From: Octopus bimaculoides
Taxonomy: Eukaryota
NCBI RefSeq assembly: GCF_001194135.2
Contig: NC_068983.1
Span: 16,927,638-16,991,637 of the forward strand
Direction: 5' to 3'
DNA: 64,000 nt
Positions 52,925 through 63,516 of this stretch are shown piece by piece (the first letter of the stretch is position 1; every line of letters begins with the position of its first letter). Under the pieces are notes generated by a model. The model saw only the letters and a program-made list of their open reading frames with translations. It was not told the origin of the DNA and searched no databases. A program made the position numbers and the translations under genes.

Positions 52925-55900
52925 ACGCACACGCACACGCACACGCACACACACACACACCTATCTCTTTGTCTTCATTCCTAGCAGACTACTAGTGACT
53001 GGTATATGGCAAAACCTTCTGAGCATGCACTAGCCTGATTGGTTACAGCCAGATCTTTCATGGACCATTTTCTTTTCTCATGTGATGTCTTTGTCATCAT
53101 CAACAACGATGGACGAACATTATTATACTGCTATATTACAATAACTACTTAAAGGAGGTATTATTACTGCCAGGCTCAGGTTAAGAAGTTTGCTTTCCAA
53201 TCTTGAGCAAGTGTCTTCCACTATAGTTCCTGGCTGACCAAAGCCTTGTAAATGGATTTGCTTGGTTGAAGCTGAAAGAAGTTCATCTTTGTGTGTGCGT
53301 GGGTGTGTGCATGTATACACTCCTGTCATGACTTTATGCAATGGTTAGGGCATCGCAGTTATACCAGTAATGTTGTTTGTTTCCATTCTTCCTTGGAAAA
53401 TATTTGGCTATGGGAAATATTACCTTGCATAGAAACAAGTGGGGGTTGGTAACAGGAAGTGCTTTCAGCCATAGAAAATCTGCCTCAGCAAATTCCACCT
53501 GACTTCTGGAAGCATGGAATAGTAAATGATAAATGATGATTTTAAACCATAAGGTGTTAAATGAGATACAGAGGAAATGTGTTAGAGAATAGGTTGGAGA
53601 TGTGCAACAAAATCATTTAACACTATTACAGTATAAGACGAAAGTGAATATAATGGTTTTATATGTTATATGACATCCTGTATAGATGTGGTATGACCCA
53701 ATAGTTAAGAAGTTCACGTTGTTAACACAAACTTTTCTATTCAATGCTACTGAGTGGTATCTTGGAGATGGTTTGACAGGAGCTGGCCAGGTAGAAGACT
53801 ACATCAAACTTCTGTGTCTGTTTCAGCATGGTTTTTATTGCTGGATGCTAATCCAAATAACAACCACCCTGTAGAGTGGACTGAGTGCTTTTTACGTGGC
53901 ACCAGCACTAGCAGGGTCACAAAGTAACTTGCAAGACAAGGAATTTTTGAGAGAGGAGGGGGCATTAGAGGAAATCATCTTGTGTCAGATGATGAAAGAT
54001 TAGAGTGTGACAGAGGTACCTAGGATAAAATTGGATCGGTGGAAACTGTAAAGAAATCCACCAGGTGGATTCTATATGTAATTCCAAAGGTAAAGGTTTG
54101 TTACATTGTGTCATGTTGATTCTGCCTAAGAGTTACATTAAGGTGTATATGTCTGTGAATTGCTCGCTGCTTGTATGTTAAACCCAGCAGCAGATGATTC
54201 AGTTGATTGGACTGAATTCTCATTGTTGAACAATAGAGATCCTTCTCTGTCACCATCACCTCCCACCACTGCCCTCTACAATGTAGGTGTAAGCATGGCT
54301 GTGTAGTAAAAAAAACAAAAAACAAAAAATTGCCAGTAACTATGTGGCTTTAAATTTGTTCTTACAATGTGGAACTATAAGCCAGTACCTTCTGTCACAG
54401 TTTCATGTTGACCAAATCTTTGTGAATGAAATTTGGTAGACTGAAACTGTATGGAAACTCATTGAAAGAACTGCTTCTGTTTTTTGGTGGTAAACTTATT
54501 CATTTCCCAGTTTAACTCAACCACCTTGACCCATGGGTTACTTTAGTGTAGTCCACTCTATTGAAAGCATTTGATCCAGGACTTTGGTTTGAGGATTAAC
54601 TTGCTCTTACCAGTCATAGTTTGTTTCCCCCCTCCCACTGGCTCATATAAAAAAATGCCTTGCACTACCTGTCACGTTTGATATTTTATCATTTTTGAAG
54701 ATCTGTAAAATCTACAGAAAATTTAATGTGTTGATTTTGCTCTGTTGTTTGTCTGTCTCTCTGCCTCATCTTGAATGATAATTATGTAGATAACAGATAT
54801 CGTGTCATATAAGAAAGAGAATTGATTTCAATGGCTAATTAAATCGATTAATTGGTATACAGATTAAATTATTACCCCAAAATTTGTTGATGTAAAATTT
54901 CTATAACATTTTTGTTTTTCTCTAAATTTCTAGTTTTGAAATGATTAAAATTTTTTTCTTTTTTTAAAGATCTTTAAACATATTACATATTTAAAGTTGA
55001 CAATGAAGATTTCTACATGTGCGTGTACACAAACAGACACACACACACACCTTTAAATTTTCCTTTCAAAATGAGCTTTGTATTATTCATCTCAAAATAT
55101 GCTCTGTTTTATTTTGTAGTGAACCATACTGATACTATGGACATTGATGGCACCCTGGAAATTCCCAGCAGTAAAGCTACTGTATTAAGGGGACATGAAT
55201 CAGAGGTGTTCATATGTGCATGGAACCCTACAAATGACCTGTTAGCCTCTGGGTAAGTACCCTAAACCAGAATTATTTTTTTTTGTTACATAATTACACA
55301 CACACACAGTGGCAGTAACTTGATTCTGAACAATGCCGTCCCTTGAGTGTTTTTTTTAAAGCAGCATAAATGTGGTATTTCAGTCCTGTCTGGGACCTAC
55401 ATGTCTTTTGCACTGATGTGGCAAGTAAGAAACAACTCGTACACTTTACATCATGGAATTTCTCATTGGATGTTTTGCCTTTTTCAACCGGCCATTACCA
55501 GCCATAGTATGCACTACATAATGGAGATGTTAAAAATCAAGTGATGCCTGTACTTGACGCTTTTTAATGTAAGGAAAGGCCTTGCTGAGAATCAATCCCA
55601 CTTTCTAAATAGTTACTATATGATCATTTGCCTCCAAAATAACAACTTTTCTAAATCATTGGATGTAAACAAAGTTACAGGTATCATGGCAGCTTTCCTT
55701 CTGCTAGAGAAATGCCTCAACAAAATCTAGAGATCATGTGTGTGCGTGCGTGCGTGCGTGTGCATGAAGGGGTGCAGAAAAGCTCCTTGTGAAAGGCCTG
55801 CTTGGAGGCCCAACCATGTGAGTTCTTTTACAGGGCTCACAAAAAATGGACTGCTGCAATAAGTGTGTGACTCAGAGAGGGGAATATGTTGGATAAAATC

Positions 55901-56110
55901 ATAATTGATTGTCCTGTATTTGCTTTTTACCCAAAGCCAGGAACTNNNNNNNNNNNNNNNNNNNNNNNNNNNNNNNNNNNNNNNNNNNNNNNNNNNNNNN
56001 NNNNNNNNNNNNNNNNNNNNNNNNNNNNNNNNNNNNNNNNNNNNNNNNNNNNNNNNNNNNNNNNNNNNNNNNNNNNNNNNNNNNNNNNNNNNNNNNNNNN
56101 NNNNNNNNNN

Positions 56111-56165
<55 letters not shown>

Positions 56166-59100
56166 ATTTCACTTCAGTATTGCAATAGGGCCATTAATGT
56201 TATGAATGTCGCAGGAGAAGCGAGGCAATGATAATGAAATGTCATTAATTTGTAACTGCTAGAAGCTTAGAAGCTTCCACCAGTAGTTCCATAATTAAAA
56301 ACGTTTCAGTTGTGATATAATCCTGTCTGTTTTTGGGACACACTGCATCTAGGATTATATTTTCATTGTATCCTTTTCCCTTTTTTTGCCGTTTTTAAAG
56401 ATGAGATTTATTGCTATTTCTATCCGATGAGATGAACACAGGGCAAAAGTGGCTAAAACTGCATATAGCCCTGGAAGTTACTGTGAGACTCCAAAAATAA
56501 TAGTGGCTTTCAGTGCCACTATTAAAACATTATATTGTGTGTGTGTGTACGTGTGTGTGTGTGAGAGAGAGAGAGTGCAACATTCTTAGACATGCTCTTT
56601 GGAGACCTTCTCAGAAGCAACCACCAGTAATATTCCAGCTGGATATTAAGCAAGACCTATTGAGGCTATGGATATTATTCAACCATTTCACTATAAGTCA
56701 ACTTTTAAGTCTCCTGCAGGTTGGTCTTACCAGTAAAATCTGTCCTGCAATTTTTTCTCAAACATTCTAAACACATGTCTGCAGTACTATAGTTGTCACC
56801 TCTCGATGCAGAGAAGTAGTAATTCAATGATTTGCTTTGAATAATTTCTGTATGCCAAATAGAACTGAATTTACAGATAATTGATAGTTATGAGAAATAA
56901 AGAAGAAAAATACACCACTTAGTGCAATCATATATAAGTTAAATGTAATTTGTTTTACTTTTTAATTTACTTAATAAAATGTTTAGATTAAGAAGTGGGT
57001 AAGTTCCCTCTTTCCCCTGTTTCTGTATCCTGATAACAAAGGAATTTGGCTGTTGTTTCTATCTGTTCAAATGACTGCATAGTGGTTCAGTTAACATTTT
57101 ATTTATTGCTGAGGCTGGAGGGAGAGCAGTGGCCATGCCCTTTTCAGGGCCTCTGAGATTGGAAGGAGGGTGAGAGGAATGAGGTATCCTTAACCTGGAG
57201 ACCTGGCCCAGATGTTTGGAACAGGGTAAACTCTGCTTAGGGCTTCGAAGGTGTCAGGTAGTAGTGGTGTTGAACTAAGCAAAGTAGATCACAATGAATA
57301 TTTTTTTTCCCTCCTAGTTACGAGGGAAGGCAATTCCCATAACCTTTTTATGAGCCTCTAAGTCTGGTGGGAGGACAGGAAGGATATATCTTCAAACTGG
57401 TGGCCTAGCCTGAATGCTTGCTACAAAGCAGTTTCTGCTAAAGGTGCATGCATGTGCATGCACATACACGCATCATTCTGATGTAGCACAATGTTAGTGA
57501 TGTGAAGCAATAATTTTTCAACTTAGAAATATAGGAGTGGGTATGTGGTAAGTAGGTGTAGCATGGCTGTGTGGTAAATAGCTTGCTTAGTCCCACTGCA
57601 TGGCACCTTGGGCAATGTCTTCTATAGCCTCAGGTTGACCGAAGCCTTGTGAGTGGATTTGAAACTGAAAGAAGCCCATTATATATGTGTGTGTGTGTGT
57701 GTGTGTGTTTGTGCTTGTGTGTATTTCTAATTAAAAAAAAATATAAGATGTTGCTTTTTAAAGTGAAAAACTAGAATATTTGTGTTTCTTATTAAACAAC
57801 TTTGCTGTTACCAATATGGAAGCATCCTTACCTCAAAACTATATTTGTTTAATGCATATGTCAGAAGCAATATTATTTAACAAATACTTGTTCATTTTTA
57901 TGAAAGTAGAATTTAATCTTGTGAGTGTTTGACCTAAAAATTAGTTATCTTATTTTCCTTTAATTCAACCAGAGTTGGTCATTAATTTAGGAAGTAGAAT
58001 TTAGTAAACATTTATAAGACTAAAACAAAACATTTTTGCCTTAGTAATTCTGATGTGTTGTGTTTCTTTAAAATACAAAATTTCTGTTCACAGTTCAGGA
58101 GATTCAACTGCTCGGATATGGAATATGAATGATAACAGCAATAATGCTAACCAGTTGGTTCTTCGTCATTGTATACAGAAAGGGGGAACAGAAGTTCCTA
58201 GTAATAAAGATGTTACTTCTCTTGACTGGAATGTAAGTTTTTTTTTTTTTCCTTCTTTAAAACTTTCTGTGTCTAATTCTAAGTATAAAACTGCACTCCC
58301 ACCCTTGTTCATCACTCACTACATTAACCCTCTATCTCCACCTGTTTCTTCCCCTTCCTCACACTCTTATGAAAGTATCCACATGCTTTCTCATCCTTTC
58401 CCATGACCCACTGTCCATGTCCTCTCTTATGCTCACCTTCTTGCTCCTTTAGAGTTTGCTCTAGCATCCCATCACTACCATCCTGTTATCTCCTTCAGCC
58501 ATGTTATCTCCTCTACAGCAAGACACCTGTGATTGTCCTTCTATCATCATACTTTTAACCTTCTAACAACTGACATACAGCCACCCACCTCCACCTTCCC
58601 TTTTCAAATAGTTCCTCTTGGTAGTGGGAGCTTTTTCATTTCCCTTTTCTCTGTTCTTTTCTGGTGGCATGAAAAAAGGGAATCAGTACACTCTGTAAAG
58701 TGGTCGGGATTAGGAAGGGCATCCAGCCATAGAAACCATGCCAAAGAGGACATTGGAACTCAACACAACTCTGCAACTCACTGGTTCCTTGATAAACTAT
58801 GCTACTTATACTGATATGGAAAATGGATGTTAAATGATGATGAAAATAAATTCTTTCTTTAATTAATGTTAGTAGATTTGTTCTGAAATGACTCCTCAAA
58901 TTTTTTGCTGCAACTTGATCAAAATTGAGGTGCAAATTCAAAATCATCTCAGAATAATGTATAGAGGGAAAAAATGAGCTTGATGGTTCTTCTGGAACAG
59001 CATCTGTATATTTTGTCACATACTTACTGAACCAGATACATGCACATAGTGATGCACCTTTGTGTTCAATAAGTTGCCAACATGACAACAACAGTTGTTG

Positions 59101-59863
59101 ATCAACATCATTATATCTTTTATCTTTTACTTGTTTCAGTCATTAGACTGCGGCCATGCTGGGGCACCGCCTGGAAGAATTTTTAGTCAAACGCATTGAC
59201 CCCAGAACTTATTTTCTTTTTAAAGCTTGGTACTTATTCTATTGTCTCTTTGTTGAACTGCTAAGTTATGGGGATGTAAACAGACCAGTACCAGTTGTCA
59301 AGCAGTGGCAGTGGGACACAGACACACACACACATGATAGGCTTCTTTCAGTCTCCATCTACCAAGTCCATTCACAAGGCTTTGGTTGGCACAAGGTTAT
59401 AGTAGACACGTGTCCAAGATGCCATGCAGTGGAACTGAACCTAAGACCATATGATTGAGAAGCAAGCTTCTTAACACACAGCCATGCCTGCTTTTATATA
59501 TAAATATTTAAGGTGGTGAGGTAGCAGATTCATTAGCACATCAGTCAAAATTCTTAGCAGCATTTCTTCCAGCTCCTTATGTTCTGAGTTCAAATCCTGC
59601 TGAGGTCAGTTTTGCCTTTCATCTTTTCAGGGTTGATAAATTAAGGTAACAGTCAAATACTGGGTTGACATTATTGACTCGTCCCTTCCCTTCAAAGTTG
59701 TTGGCCTTGTGCTGAAATTAGAAAGAATTAGATGTAAACAGTCTTTTGAATTCTATTTCCAACGACTGTTCCATTATGTATAAGATCTCTTTTTTCTAAC
59801 ACTGCTTCTTGAGAAACCATTATCTATAAACTTCTTATAAATGACTTTGGTTGCTCTTAGCAA

Positions 59864-59916
<53 letters not shown>

Positions 59917-62900
59917 AAAGGTTTCTTTGGCAATTTTAATTTCATATTTAGAAGAATTTGTAATTTTGTAATGTTCAATTAATATAAGAAAATATAAAGA
60001 AGCTTTTCAAAAATACAGTTAGCTAGTTGAGACTATTTTTTTAATAATTTTTCATAACCATAATTATCATAAAAAAATGTTTTTGGTTTAATTTATGATT
60101 CTTATAATTATTACTAACAAGTTAGTTGGTATGAGGAGTTTTTAAAAAGGTAGATTAAATGTCATTGTATTTATTGCAGTGTGATGGTACGCTCTTAGCG
60201 ACAGGATCCTATGATGGCTTTGCTAGAATATGGAGTACTGATGGTAAGGAAGCTGATTTTGGAAAGGCTTTTTACTGTTTTTTCTTTATTTTCATATTAT
60301 TTTTTAATGCTAATGATGTAATCTTAAAGTAAAAAATGTGCTAGATAGGCCAACTATCTACTTTTTTTTTCCCATCACTTTTATCTTGTATTTTTATTTA
60401 ATTATTGCAGGCCAACTGGTAAATACACTTGGTCAACATAAAGGACCCATATTTGCTCTGAAATGGAATAAACGAGGAAATTATATTCTTAGTGCTGGTG
60501 TGGATAAGGTAAGACTTCTGGTCTTTTGAATTAAAAAAAATTTTTTAAATCAAAACATAGAAATTTTTAATTTTCTAATTGTGACTTGACATAGTTTTAG
60601 TTAAATTCATGACTCATTGTCAGAGAACTGTTGATTTTGAAGAACATTCCATTTTTAAACTTTCATAACAATATTTTAAAATACAAAACTACCTATGTGT
60701 CATATTTAATTTTGAAAATAATTGAGCATTTAAAGTTAGGTATATATCTTCACTAAAATATATATTTTCATCAGTTGATTGGTATATTANNNNNNNNNNN
60801 NNNNNNNNNNNNNNNNNNNNNNNNNNNNNNNNNNNNNNNNNNNNNNNNNNNNNNNNNNNNNNNNNNNNNNNNNNNNNNNNNNNNNNNNNNNNNNNNNNNN
60901 NNNNNNNNNNNNNNNNNNNNNNNNNNNNNNNNNNNNNNNNNNNNNNNNNNNNNNNNNNNNNNNNNNNNNNNNNNNNNNNNNNNNNNNNNNNNNNNNNNNN
61001 NNNNNNNNNNNNNNNNNNNNNNNNNNNNNNNNNAGTTGCTGGCCTTATGCTAGAATTTCAAGAAATAAAGGCAGTGGGCTAGCAGAATTGTTAATGTGTT
61101 GGGCAAAATGCTTATTGACATTTCTTCTAGCTCTTCATGTTTTGAGTTCAGTTACTGGCCTCATGTCAAAATTTGAAAGAATAAGATATGTTTGGGACAC
61201 AGAGAGATTGTTTGTATTAAAGGACCAAAATCAGTCTCAGGAAGTTAGTACATCAATGGTTGATATGAAATAACAAAAATCACAAATCAATGTGTTGCCT
61301 CAGCATGGCTGCATTCTAATAACTGGAACAGCTAAGAAGGTAAATCTGAATGTGCTTCTGCAAGCTCACTGCTATTACAAATGAAGTACATAATTCTACA
61401 ACTAGGAACCTGTGTTGTTCGTTGAGGTAAAAATAAGCTGTATAGAATGTTTCTTTTTTATTTATCAGGACATCTTGTTTTTGGTTCATTTCTCATTTAA
61501 TGACCACTTTTCCATACTGGCAAGAATTGAACAATATTTCTTGACGTGGTGTTCTGATACTCTTCCGGATGCCAATCATAACTTGTATCTAACTTTATTT
61601 ATTGTGAGTGTTATGGCACCCAAAAAGAAAAACCCCATGTAAAATGAATCAGTAATAAATGATTAATAGTGCATTAGGAAAAGTAGGTTTTGTTCTGAGA
61701 CTCCCAGTTGTTCTGAGCATTGTAGATGGTCACCAAGGCAACTATCTATTTTTCAAGCAAGGTACATCTATCCTCGTTTATCATGGTTGTTTAGTTTAAA
61801 AAAAACCCAAAAAACAAAAGAAAACAAAAAAACTGTTAAATGAATCGATGATAAAGGATTAATAGAACATACGAAAAATATACGTTTTCATTCTGAGATC
61901 CCCAGTTCTCCTGAGGATTGTGGATGACCAGTGGGGCAACTACCTGTGTAGTTATAAACCAGGTGACAGTGAAAGATGTCTCTGCCCACTAAGGTTCAAA
62001 TCCTGCTTTTGTCAACTTTTCATTCTTTTGAGGTTGATGAAATAATAATAATCCAAGGTGGTGAATTGTCAAACTGGATTGTTTGCTGTAGTTGATTTTG
62101 CTCTTTGTGTTCTGTGTTCAAATCCCACCATGGCCTATTTGGTTGGTAGACTTAATCCAGCTCTCAGTTTAACACCACTACAAGTACCTTGGGTGTTTTG
62201 AATCCACTCTATTACATGCATTCACTTGAATCATTTCTCTGGTTAGAGGATACATCCTCCCCCTCTTCATCCCATTAATCTCAGACACTCACTAAAGTGA
62301 CAGGGACACTGCTTTTCCTCATGACAAAAAGGTAAAGAAAAGTAAAAAAAAAAAGTTAATTTTTCTTGTATGTTGTTGTTGTTATGACCTAATCTTTATA
62401 AATTTTTCTTTTCTTCAAGACAACAATTATATGGGATGCCAGTTCAGGACACTGTACACAACAATTTGCATTTCACTCTGGTAAGTGCAAATATTTTCAT
62501 TTACATTTTGCATACCACCCATCTGTAAATGACAAAAAAGATTTCATTCTGTGCACTTATTTTCTACTCTCTTTCTCTCATTGAGCAAATCTTCATTCAA
62601 AAGCATTCCTCTTGTGATCATCCACCTTTTTTTAAAAAAATATATTTATGCTTAGTTTGTCGAATATGCTCTTGTTTTAAGATGGCTGTGAGGTGAGGAT
62701 GGTTAGGTTCTCTCCTCTGTGTGTAACCCTGGGCAAGTGTTTTCTATTATAGCCTTGGACTAACCACTACCTTGGTATGTTATTCAGTGGATGGAAACAG
62801 TACAGAAACTCATGGTGTGTGTGTGCGTGTTATCTCCACATCTGCTTGTAGTGACACCATTTCAGCAGTGATATGTTTATATCTCTCATATACAAAGCAT

Positions 62901-63516
62901 CCAGTTGTGATTCATTGTGCAAAAGCATTAAAAAAAAAAAAAAACAACCCAAAGCAAGCATGTTAATCTTTAGAATACTGATTCAAGTAGTCTACAAAGC
63001 CATACCAATATAGAAGATTGAACATAAAAAATGATGTTGGGTGTGATTTGAACAAGAATTATCTGATATTTCTAGGGAGTCAAATAACCATGTAGAGCTC
63101 CCCTCATCGATGAGCATGTCTTGAGATATGTGTGTGTGAGTGAGAGAGAGAGAGAGAGAGTTGTTCTAGTAATTCCAAAAGTAAAACTGCTTGGTATGTT
63201 GTTATGAATGTTTAAATATAAACCCATATCTCTTTTACATTTTAAAGAAACGTTTTAATTTCTATAACTGTATTTATGTTTATTTCATTATGATATTAAT
63301 TTGATTTCTATAATGCTACATTATGTTAAATTGACTTCTATGGTAACTACATTGCATTAATTCATGCTGAACTGTTTCCCCCGCTCTTCTTCAGCTCCTG
63401 CGCTGGACGTTGACTGGCAGAGTAACACAAGTTTTGCTTCCTGTTCAACTGATCAGTGTATACATGTTTGTAAATTAGGTGTGGAAAAACCAATAAAAAC
63501 ATTCCAAGGCCATACA
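16006..63516 (+). CDS. TBL1XR1: F-box-like/WD repeat protein TBL1/TBL1XR1 (ebi) orthologue; spliced CDS of 9 exons, 3'-incomplete in this window
   Basis: Exons of 58+146+151+133+139+64+98+61+122 = 972 nt join in frame to [70 protein letters not shown]...[15 protein letters not shown]...[27 protein letters not shown]...[17 protein letters not shown]...APALDVDWQ...[10 protein letters not shown]. This is the recognisable LisH + WD40 TBL1 family. All introns are GT..AG. Confidence 0.97.
19795..20630 (+). mobile_element. piggyBac transposon relic: left end, subterminal repeats and pseudogenised transposase N-half
   Basis: ttga|CCCTTTTGTTAC terminus; 21-bp repeats at 19805-19825 and 19850-19870. 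An acidic ORF (20060-20362) is followed by frameshifted [44 protein letters not shown] and [13 protein letters not shown], typical of DDE_Tnp_1_7/PGBD proteins. Confidence 0.88.
22480..23400 (-). mobile_element. pogo/Tigger (TIGD1-like) transposase relic
   Basis: [11 protein letters not shown]...[35 protein letters not shown] (CENP-B-type HTH), then [34 protein letters not shown]...[16 protein letters not shown] (first catalytic Asp). Confidence 0.88.
26020..26330 (-). mobile_element. Highly degenerate RTE-type RT fragment
   Basis: SSVLSSTFF and [18 protein letters not shown] resemble the GSVLSP and YADDL-IAES-EEL RT motifs. Confidence 0.5.
26345..26567. mobile_element. piggyBac-type MITE, family A (second, older copy)
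   Basis: ttag|ctcttttgttaccatatttctg...ttggtatcaaaGGGG|TTAA; the body aligns with 11265-11484. Confidence 0.85.
27590..27795. mobile_element. TTAA-flanked MITE, family B (degenerate)
   Basis: gcttatttattcacattgttttgaatt...gtagggtaggt...tttaaatgctaaagag|ttaa. Confidence 0.7.
27860..28620 (-). mobile_element. Degenerate RTE-type LINE RT fragment
   Basis: Minus frames give PYADALIAA and [17 protein letters not shown]. Confidence 0.55.
29494..29870 (+). mobile_element. Degenerate SINE head joined to a (GAT)-family 3' segment
   Basis: ggctgtatggttaagaag...gggttccaaccccactgtgtg; later ggaagggcatccag...atgcatggaaagg. Confidence 0.65.
30506..30842 (-). mobile_element. tRNA-derived SINE, near full length
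   Basis: ttcttttacttgtttca...ccatgctggagcacc...cttaccacacagccacgcc (reverse of the head). Confidence 0.85.
31179..31324 (+). CDS. TBL1XR1: TBL1 coding exon 2 ([49 protein letters not shown])
   Basis: Acceptor tttttcag| and donor GAG|gtaaga; 146 nt, phase 1 to 0. Confidence 0.97.
32405..32815. repeat. (CT)n/(CTTT)/(CTAT) compound microsatellite with an internal gap
   Basis: Visible directly; explains the SLSL and ERER ORFs. Confidence 0.95.
33941..34631. mobile_element. Probable non-autonomous Tigger/pogo-like element
   Basis: TA|ctgttgagaaacccctatctgaaattcc ... ggacattcggataaaaggttttgaactg|TA: imperfect 28-bp TIR (about 18/28 by eye) flanked by TA. Confidence 0.5.
35161..35311 (+). CDS. 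TBL1XR1: TBL1 coding exon 3 ([50 protein letters not shown])
   Basis: Acceptor tttttgacag| and donor G|gtaaat; 151 nt, phase 0 to 1; carries the [10 protein letters not shown] motif. Confidence 0.95.
35402..36140 (+). mobile_element. Two tRNA-derived SINE copies (about 35402-35640 and 35935-36140)
   Basis: tggctgtgtggtttaagaagtttgc and ggtcagtcccactgtgtggtaccttgg...gaagccttgtgagtggatttggtagatggaaac. Confidence 0.75.
36619..37211. mobile_element. Family B MITE interrupted by a (GAT)-family repeat (about 36665-37040); partial extra left end at about 36477-36570
   Basis: The left arm stops at gcttatttattca, the right arm resumes at attgctttaaattaatcatgc and ends atgctaaaggg|ttaa. Confidence 0.75.
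42964..43365 (+). mobile_element. Full-length tRNA-derived SINE (best copy), preceded by a truncated tandem head at about 42810-42960
   Basis: ggagtggctgtatggtaagtagc...ggttcagtcc...gcaccttgggcaagtgtcttctactatagcctcgggccgacc...(TG)n...aaatgactgaaacaaataaaagag. Confidence 0.9.
43900..44177 (+). mobile_element. (GAT)n-tailed modular repeat copy
   Basis: ggttggcgttaggaagggcatccagctgtagaa...ggacgttaaatgatgatgatgat. Confidence 0.85.
45130..45590 (-). mobile_element. RTE-type LINE ORF fragment (region between endonuclease and RT)
   Basis: [25 protein letters not shown], then [24 protein letters not shown]...[20 protein letters not shown]...LLNKENEW. Confidence 0.75.
45801..46024. repeat. 28-bp minisatellite, 8 perfect copies (catgttagtttctcttgattctgtctca), continuing as degenerate units to about 46330
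   Basis: Units start at 45801, 45829, 45857, 45885, 45913, 45941, 45969 and 45997; no spacers between them. Confidence 0.95.
46450..46790 (+). repeat. Two direct copies of a Penelope-like terminal motif with decayed hammerhead-like cores
   Basis: tgaagaa-ggctg-gagcata-cagtc-aaaatgta-gtgaaagca (46461) and ctgaaaaa-ggctg-gagcataca-cagcc-aaaactta-gtgaaagca (46716). Confidence 0.5.
47401..49260. promoter_or_regulatory. CpG-retaining intronic region (candidate unmethylated regulatory element)
   Basis: About 25 CpG in 47401-48360 and about 15 in 48361-49260, counted by eye, versus about 3-6 per kb in sampled introns (9001-10000, 24001-25000). Reverse CCAAT motifs near 48507 and 48939. Confidence 0.4.
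51200..51552 (+). mobile_element. tRNA-derived SINE copy
   Basis: tcaccttgggcaaatgtcttctactata...ggatttggtagatggaaa...ccccagcatgtctgcagtctaatgactgaa. Confidence 0.85.
51915..52475 (+). mobile_element. (GAT)n-tailed modular repeat, long copy
   Basis: Hairpin modules at 52011, 52142 and 52193, then ggaagggcatcc...ggacgttaaacaatgatgatgat. Confidence 0.85.
55120..55252 (+). CDS. TBL1XR1: TBL1 coding exon 4 ([45 protein letters not shown])
   Basis: Acceptor attttgtag| and donor GG|gtaagt; 133 nt; first WD40 repeat. Confidence 0.96.
57554..57720 (+). mobile_element. tRNA-derived SINE 5' half
   Basis: gcatggctgtgtggtaaatagcttgc...ggcaccttgggcaa...gaagccttgtgagtggattt. Confidence 0.8.
58094..58232 (+). 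CDS. TBL1XR1: TBL1 coding exon 5 ([46 protein letters not shown])
   Basis: Acceptor ttcacag| and donor AAT|gtaagt; 139 nt. Confidence 0.97.
59117..59490 (-). mobile_element. tRNA-derived SINE, near full length
   Basis: ttttacttgtttcagtcattagactgcggccatgctgg...cttaacacacagccatgcctg. Confidence 0.85.
59865..59920. repeat. Poly(A)/(GAAAA) run
   Basis: Visible directly. Confidence 0.9.
60180..60243 (+). CDS. TBL1XR1: TBL1 coding exon 6 ([22 protein letters not shown])
   Basis: Acceptor ttattgcag| and donor G|gtaagg; 64 nt. Confidence 0.96.
60411..60508 (+). CDS. TBL1XR1: TBL1 coding exon 7 ([32 protein letters not shown])
   Basis: Acceptor attattgcag| and donor AAG|gtaaga; 98 nt; follows a 167-nt intron. 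Confidence 0.97.
62420..62480 (+). CDS. TBL1XR1: TBL1 coding exon 8 ([20 protein letters not shown])
   Basis: Acceptor tttcttttcttcaag| (AAG type) and donor G|gtaagt; 61 nt. Confidence 0.95.
63395..63516 (+). CDS. TBL1XR1: TBL1 coding exon 9 ([41 protein letters not shown])
   Basis: Acceptor cttcttcag| and donor ACA|gtgagt; 122 nt. The next expected exon (NEVNAIKW...) is not in the window. Confidence 0.97.

Larger units (their letters stand above)
2840..61024. other. Assembly gaps (N runs), including 2840-3402, 4505-5290, 16748-16996, 32553-32649, 42188-42433, 43783-43899, 49265-49779, 55946-56110 and 60790-61024
   Basis: N runs in the sequence; they create the long X-filled ORFs in the track. 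Confidence 0.98.

Noticed and set aside
60342-60370. tagatag-gccaa-ctatcta hairpin followed by a T-run (terminator-like)
   Set aside because: It lies in a spliceosomal intron near the polypyrimidine tract. A 7-bp stem is expected by chance, and no snoRNA C/D boxes were found.
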